Source: Candidatus Methanoperedens sp. (GTDB lineage Archaea; Halobacteriota; Methanosarcinia; Methanosarcinales; Methanoperedenaceae). From it: a stretch of 32,000 bases of DNA. The position numbers and the translations under genes were made by a program. The stretch covers positions 21,403 to 53,402 of the forward strand of contig JAPZAR010000023.1 of NCBI GenBank assembly GCA_027460535.1, in the 5' to 3' direction. Positions within the stretch are counted from its first letter, which is position 1, and each line of letters opens with the position of its first letter. The notes beneath the pieces are model-generated. The model had not been told where the DNA came from, searched no databases, and saw only the letters and a program-made list of their open reading frames with translations. Shown here in pieces: positions 17,905-26,319 of the stretch.

Positions 17905-18782
17905 GATTTTTTATGGAACCGCTTCCTGAGGTAACGGATCCCCGCGTGATAGATGGCAGGAAAATCGCGCAGGGTATTGAGGCAGAAGTCAAGAAACAGG
18001 TTGGGATGTTCATTCAGGAACATGGAATAAAACCGGCACTTGCCACGATTCTCGTGGGAGAACATCCCCCTTCGAAATTATATGTCAAGCTCAAACACTG
18101 GGCATGCAAACGCGTAGGAATAGTGTCAGAAGACCACAAGTTCCCGCAGGAAACAGAACAGGAAAAGATAATAGACCTGATCGAAAAGCTTAACAGGCGC
18201 CCCGAAATACATGGAATACTCGTTCAATTGCCACTGCCAAAACACATAGATGAGCGCGACGTCATGACCCGCATAGCTCCCGAGAAAGACGTAGATGGCT
18301 TCAACCCTCTCAACATGGGAAGGATGCTGATCGGGAGGGAGGGCTTTGTGCCTTGCACACCCAAAGGTATCATTCGGGCCCTGGAAGAATTCAATATCGA
18401 CCCAAAGGGGATGGAAGTAGTGGTTGTGGGTCACAGCAACGTCGTGGGCAAACCTGCTGCCATCATGCTCCTCAACCGCAATGCCACAGTAAAGATTTGT
18501 CATGTTTACACAAAAGACCTGAAAAGCCACACAAGAGAAGCTGATATTCTCATAGTGGCAACAGGCGTGCGCGATCTTATTAAAGCCGATATGGTGAAAG
18601 AAGGCGCAGTCGTGTTCGATGTAGGCATTACATGGCAGGATGAAAGAGTGTACGGGGATGTGGATTTTGATGATGTTCTGCCGAAGGTGAAATTGATATC
18701 GCCCGTACCTGGTGGCGTGGGACCGATGACGATAGCGATTCTGATGGAGCATACGCTGCAAGCGGCCAAACTGCAGTGTTGA
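17901..18782 (+). CDS. folD: Bifunctional 5,10-methylene-tetrahydrofolate dehydrogenase / methenyl-tetrahydrofolate cyclohydrolase
   Basis: Motifs [34 protein letters not shown] and [10 protein letters not shown]. The start is either GTG 17901 (a GTGA overlap with the glyA stop) or ATG 17913. Confidence 0.9.
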   Translation: MRFFMEPLPEVTDPRVIDGRKIAQGIEAEVKKQVGMFIQEHGIKPALATILVGEHPPSKLYVKLKHWACKRVGIVSEDHKFPQETEQEKIIDLIEKLNRRPEIHGILVQLPLPKHIDERDVMTRIAPEKDVDGFNPLNMGRMLIGREGFVPCTPKGIIRALEEFNIDPKGMEVVVVGHSNVVGKPAAIMLLNRNATVKICHVYTKDLKSHTREADILIVATGVRDLIKADMVKEGAVVFDVGITWQDERVYGDVDFDDVLPKVKLISPVPGGVGPMTIAILMEHTLQAAKLQC

Positions 18783-18985
18783 TCAGGCTTATTTGGTGCT
18801 TTTTGATTCCATTGGTCTTTTTATAAGGATTTTTAGATCTGCAGAGATATTTGATTTTTCCAGCTATCTCTTTCCTATAGAAAATGCCTTCCAAGATATT
18901 TGCCGCCGGGAAATATCTGCAGCGAATATGACAGCTTTAAATCCTGGAGCAATTGGCTTCGCTAAACGAATCTTTTAAAACGAAT

Positions 18986-19789
18986 TCATCGCATTCCACC
19001 CACTATTTCCTCCAGTATTCTTGCCGTCAATTCATGGCTCATAAAAAGATCATGGATCTCCTCCAGCGCCCTGTCCCGGGCATGAGTATCGACATTCCAT
19101 TTTATTCCGGGATACTCTACGTTTTTCAAAATCAAACCACGGGCATCAAGGGGCTCAAGCCTACCATTCAAAGTGCAGTCAAGCATTTTTCTAAGCCTTT
19201 CTATATCCATTTCACCCTTTCCGACTAGTTTCAGGCCCATAGCGATTTTCCTGACCATATGCATCACGAACCTGTTCGCGGCAATATCAAGAAAAATCCA
19301 GCTGCCATTTTCCTGGATCGAGATTCTTCTAATATCGCAAAATGTTGATTCTTCTTTCTCTTCATCAGCAAAGTTCCGAAAATCGTGTTTTCCCAGGAAG
19401 ATCGATGAAGCATCTTTTATTTTAGAAAGCTCAAGTCCATTGCCCCAGAGCATATATCTGTACTCCCGTTCCACAGCAGATGTCCTTGCATTGAAATTTG
19501 GATCCACCTGCGCCCATGCGTATGCCCATATTTCGCTGAGGCCTTTGTTCAGCTCCCTGGGCATTGAAGCCTCCGGATTATCCGTATCAAATGCTATCAC
19601 CTGGCAGAGCGCATGGACGCCACGGTCTGTTCTTCCTGCCGCAGAATATCTTGCTTTTGATGATTTTTTAACCGCGCCGCTATCCTTCAGCGCTTTCATG
19701 AGCTTCCCTTCTACCGTGGGCACACCAGGTTGGGTCTGGAAGCCATGGTATCCCGTGCCAAGGTATGCGAGCTTGAGCGCAAACCTCAT
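18986..19789 (-). CDS. truA: tRNA pseudouridine(38-40) synthase
   Basis: 267-aa ORF with MRFALKLAYLGTGYHGFQ-Q and the catalytic Asp context AGRTDRGVHA. Confidence 0.9.
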   Translation of the reverse strand: MRFALKLAYLGTGYHGFQTQPGVPTVEGKLMKALKDSGAVKKSSKARYSAAGRTDRGVHALCQVIAFDTDNPEASMPRELNKGLSEIWAYAWAQVDPNFNARTSAVEREYRYMLWGNGLELSKIKDASSIFLGKHDFRNFADEEKEESTFCDIRRISIQENGSWIFLDIAANRFVMHMVRKIAMGLKLVGKGEMDIERLRKMLDCTLNGRLEPLDARGLILKNVEYPGIKWNVDTHARDRALEEIHDLFMSHELTARILEEIVGGMR

Positions 19790-20754
19790 CTTATCCCGGT
19801 TATAAGCTGGCTTTCCCTCTCATCAAGGTCAACTACTTCGATGCTGTGCAATCCCGCATCTTCAAGCCATGCTCGGTACTGTTCCTCGGTCCATGTATTG
19901 CCTTCCTCCGTGTGCGCCAGCATGTTCACCCCGAACAATTCTGCCCTCGGGCTCCTTCCGCGCACGAAATCCTCTATGGCGATCAACCCTCCCCTTTTTA
20001 AAAGCACCCTGACATTCCTTACCAGCTTCCTGTTCTCCTCTTCAGAATAGATGTGACATATGTTACCCATGAAAACGATGTCAAAAGATCCTGCCTTAAA
20101 ATCCTTCACAAATTCACTATCTGTAAAATCGCCCTTCTTCAGTGTCAGGTTCCGGATTTTGGAAAGTCCAAATTCCTTTCCTACGTAATCTATGGTTTCC
20201 GGCATATCGTAGAGGACTGCCTCCAGGCCTTTGTTAATGAAAGCTTTAGCGTATTTGCCTGGTCCTCCTCCCAAGTCAAGAGCGTACTTTGCATCCCTCT
20301 TTCTTGCAAGGCAATGGCTTATGACCTCATCTACAAACGCATCAGGCTTGGACGCCATTGCATGCATAAAAGATGGCACATCACGCGGCGTACTTTTTTC
20401 AGATTTTATCCCTTTGATAATATCAGGAAGTTTAAGCCATGTCCCAAGAATGTCCATCAAATGAGGAAGGTAGCCTCCGACATAATCCTCGCCGCGTTCC
20501 AGAAAAAGAGGACGCGCCTTATCTGCAATGATATACCTGCTGTTTTCCTTATTGACATATCCCAATGAACAGAGCGCCTCGAGCACAATATGCAGGGCGC
20601 GCTCATCTGCCCGAAGCTCTTGCTTAAGCGCTGAAATATCCTTGCTCTCAGCAAGTGCTGAGAAAATTCCAGCCTTGTAGGCGGCGCCGAGAAGGATGAG
20701 TTCCCTTGCGTCATCACCTGCTCTTTCAAAATCAAAATCTTTTCCTGTGGGCAT
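19786..20754 (-). CDS. Class I SAM-dependent O-methyltransferase-like protein (Methyltransf_2/COMT-like) with N-terminal winged-helix dimerisation region
   Basis: 322-aa ORF. It has the SAM motif I ALDLGGGPG and an N-terminal region like the small-molecule OMT dimerisation domain (LGAAYKAGIFSAL...LEALCSLGYV). Its stop overlaps the truA start as ATGA. Confidence 0.78.
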   Translation of the reverse strand: MPTGKDFDFERAGDDARELILLGAAYKAGIFSALAESKDISALKQELRADERALHIVLEALCSLGYVNKENSRYIIADKARPLFLERGEDYVGGYLPHLMDILGTWLKLPDIIKGIKSEKSTPRDVPSFMHAMASKPDAFVDEVISHCLARKRDAKYALDLGGGPGKYAKAFINKGLEAVLYDMPETIDYVGKEFGLSKIRNLTLKKGDFTDSEFVKDFKAGSFDIVFMGNICHIYSEEENRKLVRNVRVLLKRGGLIAIEDFVRGRSPRAELFGVNMLAHTEEGNTWTEEQYRAWLEDAGLHSIEVVDLDERESQLITGIR

Positions 20755-20834
20755 TTTTACCTCTGATTACGTACAAATAATTAAATATCATAGAGTATAA
20801 GAATTGATATAAGAATCTAATCCAGGGTGGGAAA

Positions 20835-21152
20835 ATGTGGACATTTGCAATTGAGGAAAAAGAACTTCACGAAAATAGCATGAGTCCCGTTTTTCCGAAA
20901 GGGTTACCGATACTCATTATAAAGAAGGCAGGGGAGATTTACGCTGTCTCTAATAAATGCGCTCATATGGCCTGTGCGCTCGCTGGTGGCAGATTAAAGG
21001 ACTATATATTAGAATGTCCCTGTCATGACTGGAGATATGATATCCGAACAGGTGAGTTTTTGGATGCAAAGGAAATCAGGATCCCGGTCTATGAATGGAA
21101 GTCGTCTGAAGGGAAAATACTTATAAAACTAGGAGATGAAAATCAGCTATGA
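20835..21152 (+). CDS. Small Rieske [2Fe-2S] domain protein (Rieske-type ferredoxin / NirD-like)
   Basis: 105-aa ORF. Both Rieske ligand boxes are present: C-A-H (CAHMAC) and C-P-C-H (CPCHDWRYD). Confidence 0.8.
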   Translation: MWTFAIEEKELHENSMSPVFPKGLPILIIKKAGEIYAVSNKCAHMACALAGGRLKDYILECPCHDWRYDIRTGEFLDAKEIRIPVYEWKSSEGKILIKLGDENQL

Positions 21153-21394
21153 AAATATTCATGTATACTCTCAGCACATGCCCATGGTGCAGGAAAACAA
21201 AACAGTTCTTCAAAGAAAGGAATATTCCATTCGAATATGTAGATTACGACTTGCAGGATGAGGGAAAGCAGGAGAAAATAATGGATGAAATGTCCAGGTC
21301 CGGGGGCAGCGCTTTTCCGTATGTAAAAATCGGCGAGATGATAGTAGTGGGATATAATCCAGAAAAGTATCTGGAATTGTTGGGGTTGAAATAA
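21149..21394 (+). CDS. Glutaredoxin-like / NrdH-like small redoxin
   Basis: 81-aa ORF with a CPWC active site near the N-terminus and a thioredoxin-fold pattern (FPYVKIG...VGYNP). It overlaps the upstream Rieske gene as ATGA. Confidence 0.8.
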   Translation: MKIFMYTLSTCPWCRKTKQFFKERNIPFEYVDYDLQDEGKQEKIMDEMSRSGGSAFPYVKIGEMIVVGYNPEKYLELLGLK

Positions 21395-21398
21395 CGGA

Positions 21399-21743
21399 AT
21401 GAACACCGAATCAAGAAAGAAGGCCTTAAGATACCTGTTTCAACGAGTAATAGACCCGCTCGGGTATAAATTCAGTCCTGACGGGGAACTTGTTGATTTT
21501 TTACTTGAGCAGGAAGTCTTGCTGGAAAGAAAACACGGCATCCCATACTGCCCGTGCCAGGGCCTTACAAGGAAAAGAGAAGAAAACATGAAAATAGTCT
21601 GTCCCTGCATTCCTTTCCACCGGGAGCACTTTGACTTAATGAAACGCTGCTGGTGTGGGCTCTATGTACATAAGGACGTTACCAATCCTGATGAACTGAG
21701 ACAGATACCCCTAAATGAGATCAGAGGTTCAAATGTTCATTAA
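21399..21743 (+). CDS. Ferredoxin:thioredoxin reductase catalytic-subunit-like protein (FDR/FTRc family), divergent
   Basis: 114-aa ORF. The N-terminal half is FTRc-like (GYKFSPDGELVDFLLEQEV-LERKHGIPYCPC). The Cys pattern is CPC-x14-CPC-x13-CWC, compared with the canonical CPC-x16-CPC-x8-CHC. Confidence 0.8.
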   Translation: MNTESRKKALRYLFQRVIDPLGYKFSPDGELVDFLLEQEVLLERKHGIPYCPCQGLTRKREENMKIVCPCIPFHREHFDLMKRCWCGLYVHKDVTNPDELRQIPLNEIRGSNVH

Positions 21744-22137
21744 AGCCGCAAAAATGAGCGAAATATTGCATGCAGGAATGAAGGCTGTTGAATTGAATGG
21801 AATAGAGATCGTTCTGTGCAACTATGATGGAAAAATATATGCCGTCAACAGAAGATGCGGCCATACGAATGCCCCTCTTGACATGGGGACTTTAGAAGGC
21901 TATATTTTAACCTGTCCGATGCACAGTTCACAATTCGATATAACTACAGGCGAAGTTTTGAGTGAGCCGGTTCCCCGGAATTTTGGAAATGAACCATTCC
22001 CTGAAGACCTGAATAAACATTTTCAGTACCTTGGCATGCTCATGTCACACATTAAGACCTGCGGAATAAAGACATATCCGGTTAAGATAGAGGGGGATTC
22101 GATAACGGTGGATGTGGGAGAAGAGGGCTGCCTTTAA
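21733..22137 (+). CDS. Rieske [2Fe-2S] domain protein with C-terminal extension
   Basis: The ligand boxes C-G-H (CGHTNAP) and C-P-M-H (CPMHSSQFD) are present. I prefer ATG 21733, which has GAGGT 5 nt upstream and overlaps the FTRc-like gene by 11 nt. ATG 21754 is an alternative start. Confidence 0.75.
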   Translation: MFIKAAKMSEILHAGMKAVELNGIEIVLCNYDGKIYAVNRRCGHTNAPLDMGTLEGYILTCPMHSSQFDITTGEVLSEPVPRNFGNEPFPEDLNKHFQYLGMLMSHIKTCGIKTYPVKIEGDSITVDVGEEGCL

Positions 22138-22221
22138 TCACATAGGGGGATAGATGATTGTCATGTTGTCGTTAATTGTTATCGGATCGCAATACTGGTA
22201 TATGTGCAGTAAGAGTTGATC

Positions 22222-23367
22222 ATGAGATTTGGATGGATGCTGGCTGGACTTATTGCTGTGATCTTCTTAGTCGTGGTGTTCGTACTTTTTGGGTTGCAGC
22301 CATCCGTGAAATCCAGTGCTTCAGGTAATATCAGCCTGCCGCAGGGATTCAGGATAGATGTTTATGCAGGTGATCTGGGAGGAAGCCCGGTTTCATATCC
22401 CGGCCCGAGAATGATGTTATTGAAGGATAATGTTCTGTTTGTCACCATAACGAACCAGGGGAGAATTGTAGCGCTTCCTGACAGGAATAATGATAAAAAA
22501 GCAGACGGAGTCATTACTTTTATCGACAAACTCAACAATCCGCATGGAATTGATTACTTCGACGGCTGGTTTTATATCGCCGAGGAAAACAGGGTGATCC
22601 GGGTGAAGTCAAATGGCAGTGTCGCTGACATGAATACCCTTGAAGTCCTTATCGACAACCTGCCGACGGGGGGACATTTTACCAGGACTATCAAAATCCA
22701 TAATAACAGCTTATTTTTGAGCATCGGCTCTTCATGCAATGTCTGCATTGAACAGGATGAAAGGAGAGCTACGATAACACGGTGCAACCTTGACGGAAGC
22801 GGCTGCAATGTTTTCGCAAAAGGTTTGAGAAATGCTGTAGGTTTTGTTTTCCATCCAGTTACGGGTAAATTGTATGCCACTGATAACGGGCGCGATTGGC
22901 TTGGCGATGACCTGCCGCCGGATGAAATCAATCTGATCGAAGAAGGTAAAAACTATGGCTGGCCGATATGCTACGGCAATAATATCCATGACGCGGATTT
23001 CGATAAGAATACGTATATCCGCAATCCCTGCATGGAACCATTTGAGATGCCAGGCCTTGTAGACCTCCAGGCACATTCGGCGCCCCTTGGTCTTGCTTTC
23101 TATTATGGTGACAGCTTCCCGGAGGAATACAGAGGTAACCTTTTCGTCGCATATCACGGATCATGGAACCGCAAGGAACCTACTGGTTACAAGATCGTGA
23201 GCATAAATATGACCAGCTTTTCAGTAAAAGATTTCGCGACAGGCTGGCTTCAGGGGAGGATCGTTCTCGGCAGACCTGTGGATGTAGTCGTTGCGGAGGA
23301 TGGGTCGCTGTTTGTGAGTGATGATAATGCGGGGAAGATATACAGGATTTCATACAAAAATTCATAG
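22222..23367 (+). CDS. PQQ-dependent sugar (glucose/sorbosone) dehydrogenase-family beta-propeller, N-terminally membrane-anchored
   Basis: Starts at ATG 22222, with an N-terminal TM helix (WMLAGLIAVIFLVVVFVLF). Family-typical strings are GLRN-VGF-FHP-TG-LY-TDNGRD, DEIN-I--GKNYGWP and HSAPLGL-FY. Confidence 0.82.
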   Translation: MRFGWMLAGLIAVIFLVVVFVLFGLQPSVKSSASGNISLPQGFRIDVYAGDLGGSPVSYPGPRMMLLKDNVLFVTITNQGRIVALPDRNNDKKADGVITFIDKLNNPHGIDYFDGWFYIAEENRVIRVKSNGSVADMNTLEVLIDNLPTGGHFTRTIKIHNNSLFLSIGSSCNVCIEQDERRATITRCNLDGSGCNVFAKGLRNAVGFVFHPVTGKLYATDNGRDWLGDDLPPDEINLIEEGKNYGWPICYGNNIHDADFDKNTYIRNPCMEPFEMPGLVDLQAHSAPLGLAFYYGDSFPEEYRGNLFVAYHGSWNRKEPTGYKIVSINMTSFSVKDFATGWLQGRIVLGRPVDVVVAEDGSLFVSDDNAGKIYRISYKNS

Positions 23368-23464
23368 ATATACCGATAATAATGTGCCGCAAGTTCTCCT
23401 GTTGTCTTATTCAAGCTCTGTATTCTTCAAATGTAGAGTTGAAATAATTTCCTGGGTGATGTAG

Positions 23465-25399
23465 CTATGGCGGACTACTCAATTTTATTATTGCGATAAC
23501 TATCAATAAAATAGCAGTACCCGCAAACAGCCATGCCCATTCATTAGGATGCCTTTGTTTCGAATTTTCCATATTTGCAAACACCATTCCTTCCCTAGAT
23601 TGAACCATAGAATAGTTTGAATTCTGATTAGCACTATTAAATTTATACGCTGCCTGGTTTTCTTTTGCTTTATTTAGATAATCATCGGCTTTTTCTTGTC
23701 TTAATTTCGCCATCGAATAATCCGTTTCTGGTTCTTCGATAAAATTAAGGACCACTTCTCTGAATGAGTTAGGGATTTGGGAATTCAAATCATTAAGTTC
23801 ACTTGTGGCGTTATTTATAAAAATTTGAGATTCTTCAGATTTGTAATTAATTCGGTTGGATGCTGATCCTGCATCTTCTTTATAGTCTTGGGTTAAGAGT
23901 TGTTTCAATTTCACATTGTTGTTTTTAACCATAGGTTCTGCATTATCGATAACACCTACATTGAGCAAATATATTAAACTCAAAACACCAAAGTAGGCTT
24001 TTTTCCTATACTCAATATCGTCCATAATCCCTTTATTGTAAATCTGAAAATCTTGTGTTATACCATTATAAGCATATCCCTTTTTAAGACTGTAAGTATA
24101 TCTTCCTCCATTAATAATTTCGATAAGAAGTTTATCATCACTTGATATTTTACACTCCCCAGAAACTAACAACATTGGATAATCGACTTCGGATATTAGC
24201 CCACCCCATTTCAATACTTTTATCGCTTTTGTAGTTTTTGGTTCAATCAATGGTAGTGCTTTTCCCAATAAATTTGTACTCTCAGCATTGAAAGTATCAG
24301 AATCAAAAAAACCGCATAATATACCAGAAACACTATTTGAAAAAATATAGGCTGATTCTGTTATGTTTCCCGAATTAACCAATTCAATGGCATTTTTACT
24401 CCTGAAAACATCCTCCAATGTTTGGCTGTCAAAAAATTTTCTTTGTTGGATATCAAAAGGGATAATAATACAAGTTTGGTTTTGGTCGCAGTAAGAATAA
24501 AAATTAATCTTTGGTGCAGAAGACAAATCTCTTTCACCATCATAAAACAATGCTTCATTTTGGTCATAATTCATCGAAAATGTAATTGAAGGTGTTTCGC
24601 CACTATTGTTAAACTCGTTTAGATATTCATCCGTTTCAAGTTGCCCCCGATATGATTCAGGAGATACTTCGGGAGATTCTTCAGGATATACCATTGGTTT
24701 AAAAAATCGTATTTTTTCGCTTTGATTAAGAACTATAACTTGAGTATTTATTTTATCGCCTAAATCCCTATAGGGTTCTCTTACCCATGTTGGTTTTAAA
24801 GTTTGGCTTATATTTGTGTCAAGGACTTGATAAAAATTTATTGTGACATTGTATTTCTTAAGGTCTTTTATTAATTCTATTAATTGAGCGTTGTATATTT
24901 TTCCACTTGTATTTCCATCCAGATTTCCATCAGAAATTAGCACTATTTGTTTCGTGCCTGTGGAATTATATAGTATTTTTCTGGCTTCATCAAAACCCTC
25001 ATAAATGTTATCTCTGGCTACATCTCCTTCTTTACCAGTAATATTACGAACAAATCTTTCGAGGATTGTCCTATTATCTTGAGTATTGGTAGAATAAACA
25101 TTTGAGTTTTTAATACCATCTCCATAAACCACAACCGAAACATTGCTATCAGCTTCAATATTATGGATGGAATATATGGCGTTTGATTGGATATATGGTC
25201 TCAACGAAGCAGTGCTACCTGAGTAGTCCAACAAAATTACAAGATTATCCTCTAAAGTTGCATTTATTTCAACTTCAGCAGTACCAATTATAGATAATAA
25301 TAGAGTGAAAGATAAAATTATACAGATAGTTGATAAAATATATTTACGACTTATTCTAAAAACCTTATTATCCAAATTTGAGTTAAGTAGAGGGGGCAT
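23465..25399 (-). CDS. Membrane-anchored extracellular von Willebrand factor A (vWA) domain protein
   Basis: 644-aa ORF. It has an N-terminal signal or anchor helix (ILSTICIILSFTLLLSIIG), the MIDAS DxSxS motif in VILLDYSGST, a later IVLISDG, and a C-terminal TM helix (WAWLFAGTAILLIVIAII). There are more than ten N-x-S/T sequons. The gene is strongly AT-rich. Confidence 0.8.
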   Translation of the reverse strand: MPPLLNSNLDNKVFRISRKYILSTICIILSFTLLLSIIGTAEVEINATLEDNLVILLDYSGSTASLRPYIQSNAIYSIHNIEADSNVSVVVYGDGIKNSNVYSTNTQDNRTILERFVRNITGKEGDVARDNIYEGFDEARKILYNSTGTKQIVLISDGNLDGNTSGKIYNAQLIELIKDLKKYNVTINFYQVLDTNISQTLKPTWVREPYRDLGDKINTQVIVLNQSEKIRFFKPMVYPEESPEVSPESYRGQLETDEYLNEFNNSGETPSITFSMNYDQNEALFYDGERDLSSAPKINFYSYCDQNQTCIIIPFDIQQRKFFDSQTLEDVFRSKNAIELVNSGNITESAYIFSNSVSGILCGFFDSDTFNAESTNLLGKALPLIEPKTTKAIKVLKWGGLISEVDYPMLLVSGECKISSDDKLLIEIINGGRYTYSLKKGYAYNGITQDFQIYNKGIMDDIEYRKKAYFGVLSLIYLLNVGVIDNAEPMVKNNNVKLKQLLTQDYKEDAGSASNRINYKSEESQIFINNATSELNDLNSQIPNSFREVVLNFIEEPETDYSMAKLRQEKADDYLNKAKENQAAYKFNSANQNSNYSMVQSREGMVFANMENSKQRHPNEWAWLFAGTAILLIVIAIIKLSSPP

Positions 25400-25469
25400 A
25401 TTAATTTTCTTCCAGTTATTTTTTTCCCCTCAACTAAATATTGTTTTCAGTCTAAATCAATTTTTCGCC

Positions 25470-25505
25470 GTTACATTTATTAGTAACGTTAATAATGTTA
25501 CTAAT
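25470..25505. promoter_or_regulatory. Candidate operator: nested GTTAC/GTAAC palindromes in the divergent vWA/regulator promoter
   Basis: ATTAGTAAC (25479-25487) and GTTACTAAT (25497-25505) are perfect inverted repeats separated by 9 nt. Positions 25479-25496 also form an 18-bp palindrome with 2 mismatches, centred on TAACGTTA. An extra GTTAC lies at 25470-25474. The whole element ends 11 nt before ATG 25516. Confidence 0.4.
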
Positions 25506-25515
25506 ATGATAAATT

Positions 25516-26319
25516 ATGGAATTGACAGGACAGAAAAAAGTGCACATTGTTCCAATGGGATTTGAGATAGACCGCATTGAACTTCCCCTGAAAATGATTG
25601 GTGCTGACAAGGTATTCTTACTAACAGATGAGAAAGAAAAAGAGATTGGTCTTCGTTATCTTGAAGAACTCGAACGCAGAATTAAAACAATTATAGATGT
25701 AGAGGATTTCAAGGTAATAGGTTGCCCTATGTGGGATTTTCAAAATCTTATGTCTCTAATATGTGAACTTGTTAGGAAGGAGAAATTGGCAGGAAACTTT
25801 ATCTATATAAATGTGTCCTCTGGAAGTAAACTATCAGCAATAGCGGGTACATTGGCTTCACTTATGTATGGGGCAATTCCATATTATGCACAGGCCAAGA
25901 AATATAATATTAAGAATCCAGGCATCAAAAGTGGAGAAATTTGTGGTATCACAAGCGGAGTAAATAAGATATTGCAGATACCTTCCTACACTATCGAGAG
26001 ACCGCCAGATGAACTAATCAATGCTCTCGCAATACTTTCAGATAAAGGTGGACGGATATCCCAGAAAGAGTATATCTTCGAGCTTGAGAAACGTGGATTC
26101 ATAGATGATGCGATTGGAATAGGGCGTGGGCAAAGGAAAGAAGTCACTAAAAAAGGATATGCCAAAGCCAAAAGACAATTTTTTGAGAAACTCGAAGAAA
26201 AGGGATGGGCTGTGAAAAAGGGGAAAGGACGCTCTTCGTATATTGAAATCACAAATGAGGGCACGAATACATTTGAGACGTTTATTAAGGTCGCAGATGT
26301 TGAAAAGAAACAGAGTTAA
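25516..26319 (+). CDS. Putative ligand-sensing transcriptional regulator: Csa3/CARF-like Rossmann N-domain plus C-terminal winged helix
   Basis: 267-aa ORF. The N-terminus VHIVPMGFEIDRIELPL...ADKVFLL, then NVSSGSKL, resembles the Csa3-type layout (V-MGF---F-L). The C-terminus LEEKGWAVKKGKGRSSYIEITNEGTNTF is a typical wHTH wing. I recall similar archaeal proteins being annotated as HFX_2341-family regulators but cannot verify that here. Confidence 0.65.
   Translation: MELTGQKKVHIVPMGFEIDRIELPLKMIGADKVFLLTDEKEKEIGLRYLEELERRIKTIIDVEDFKVIGCPMWDFQNLMSLICELVRKEKLAGNFIYINVSSGSKLSAIAGTLASLMYGAIPYYAQAKKYNIKNPGIKSGEICGITSGVNKILQIPSYTIERPPDELINALAILSDKGGRISQKEYIFELEKRGFIDDAIGIGRGQRKEVTKKGYAKAKRQFFEKLEEKGWAVKKGKGRSSYIEITNEGTNTFETFIKVADVEKKQS

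Noticed and set aside
18783-18985. ORFs 18793-18978(+) and 18953-19228(+) in and near the folD/truA convergent gap.
   Set aside because: They have no motifs. The second is antisense to truA. The gap is most simply a convergent terminator region.
25305-25565. An 86-aa plus-strand ORF crossing the vWA gene start and the divergent promoter.
   Set aside because: It overlaps the starts of two better-supported genes and consists of AT-rich low-complexity codons.
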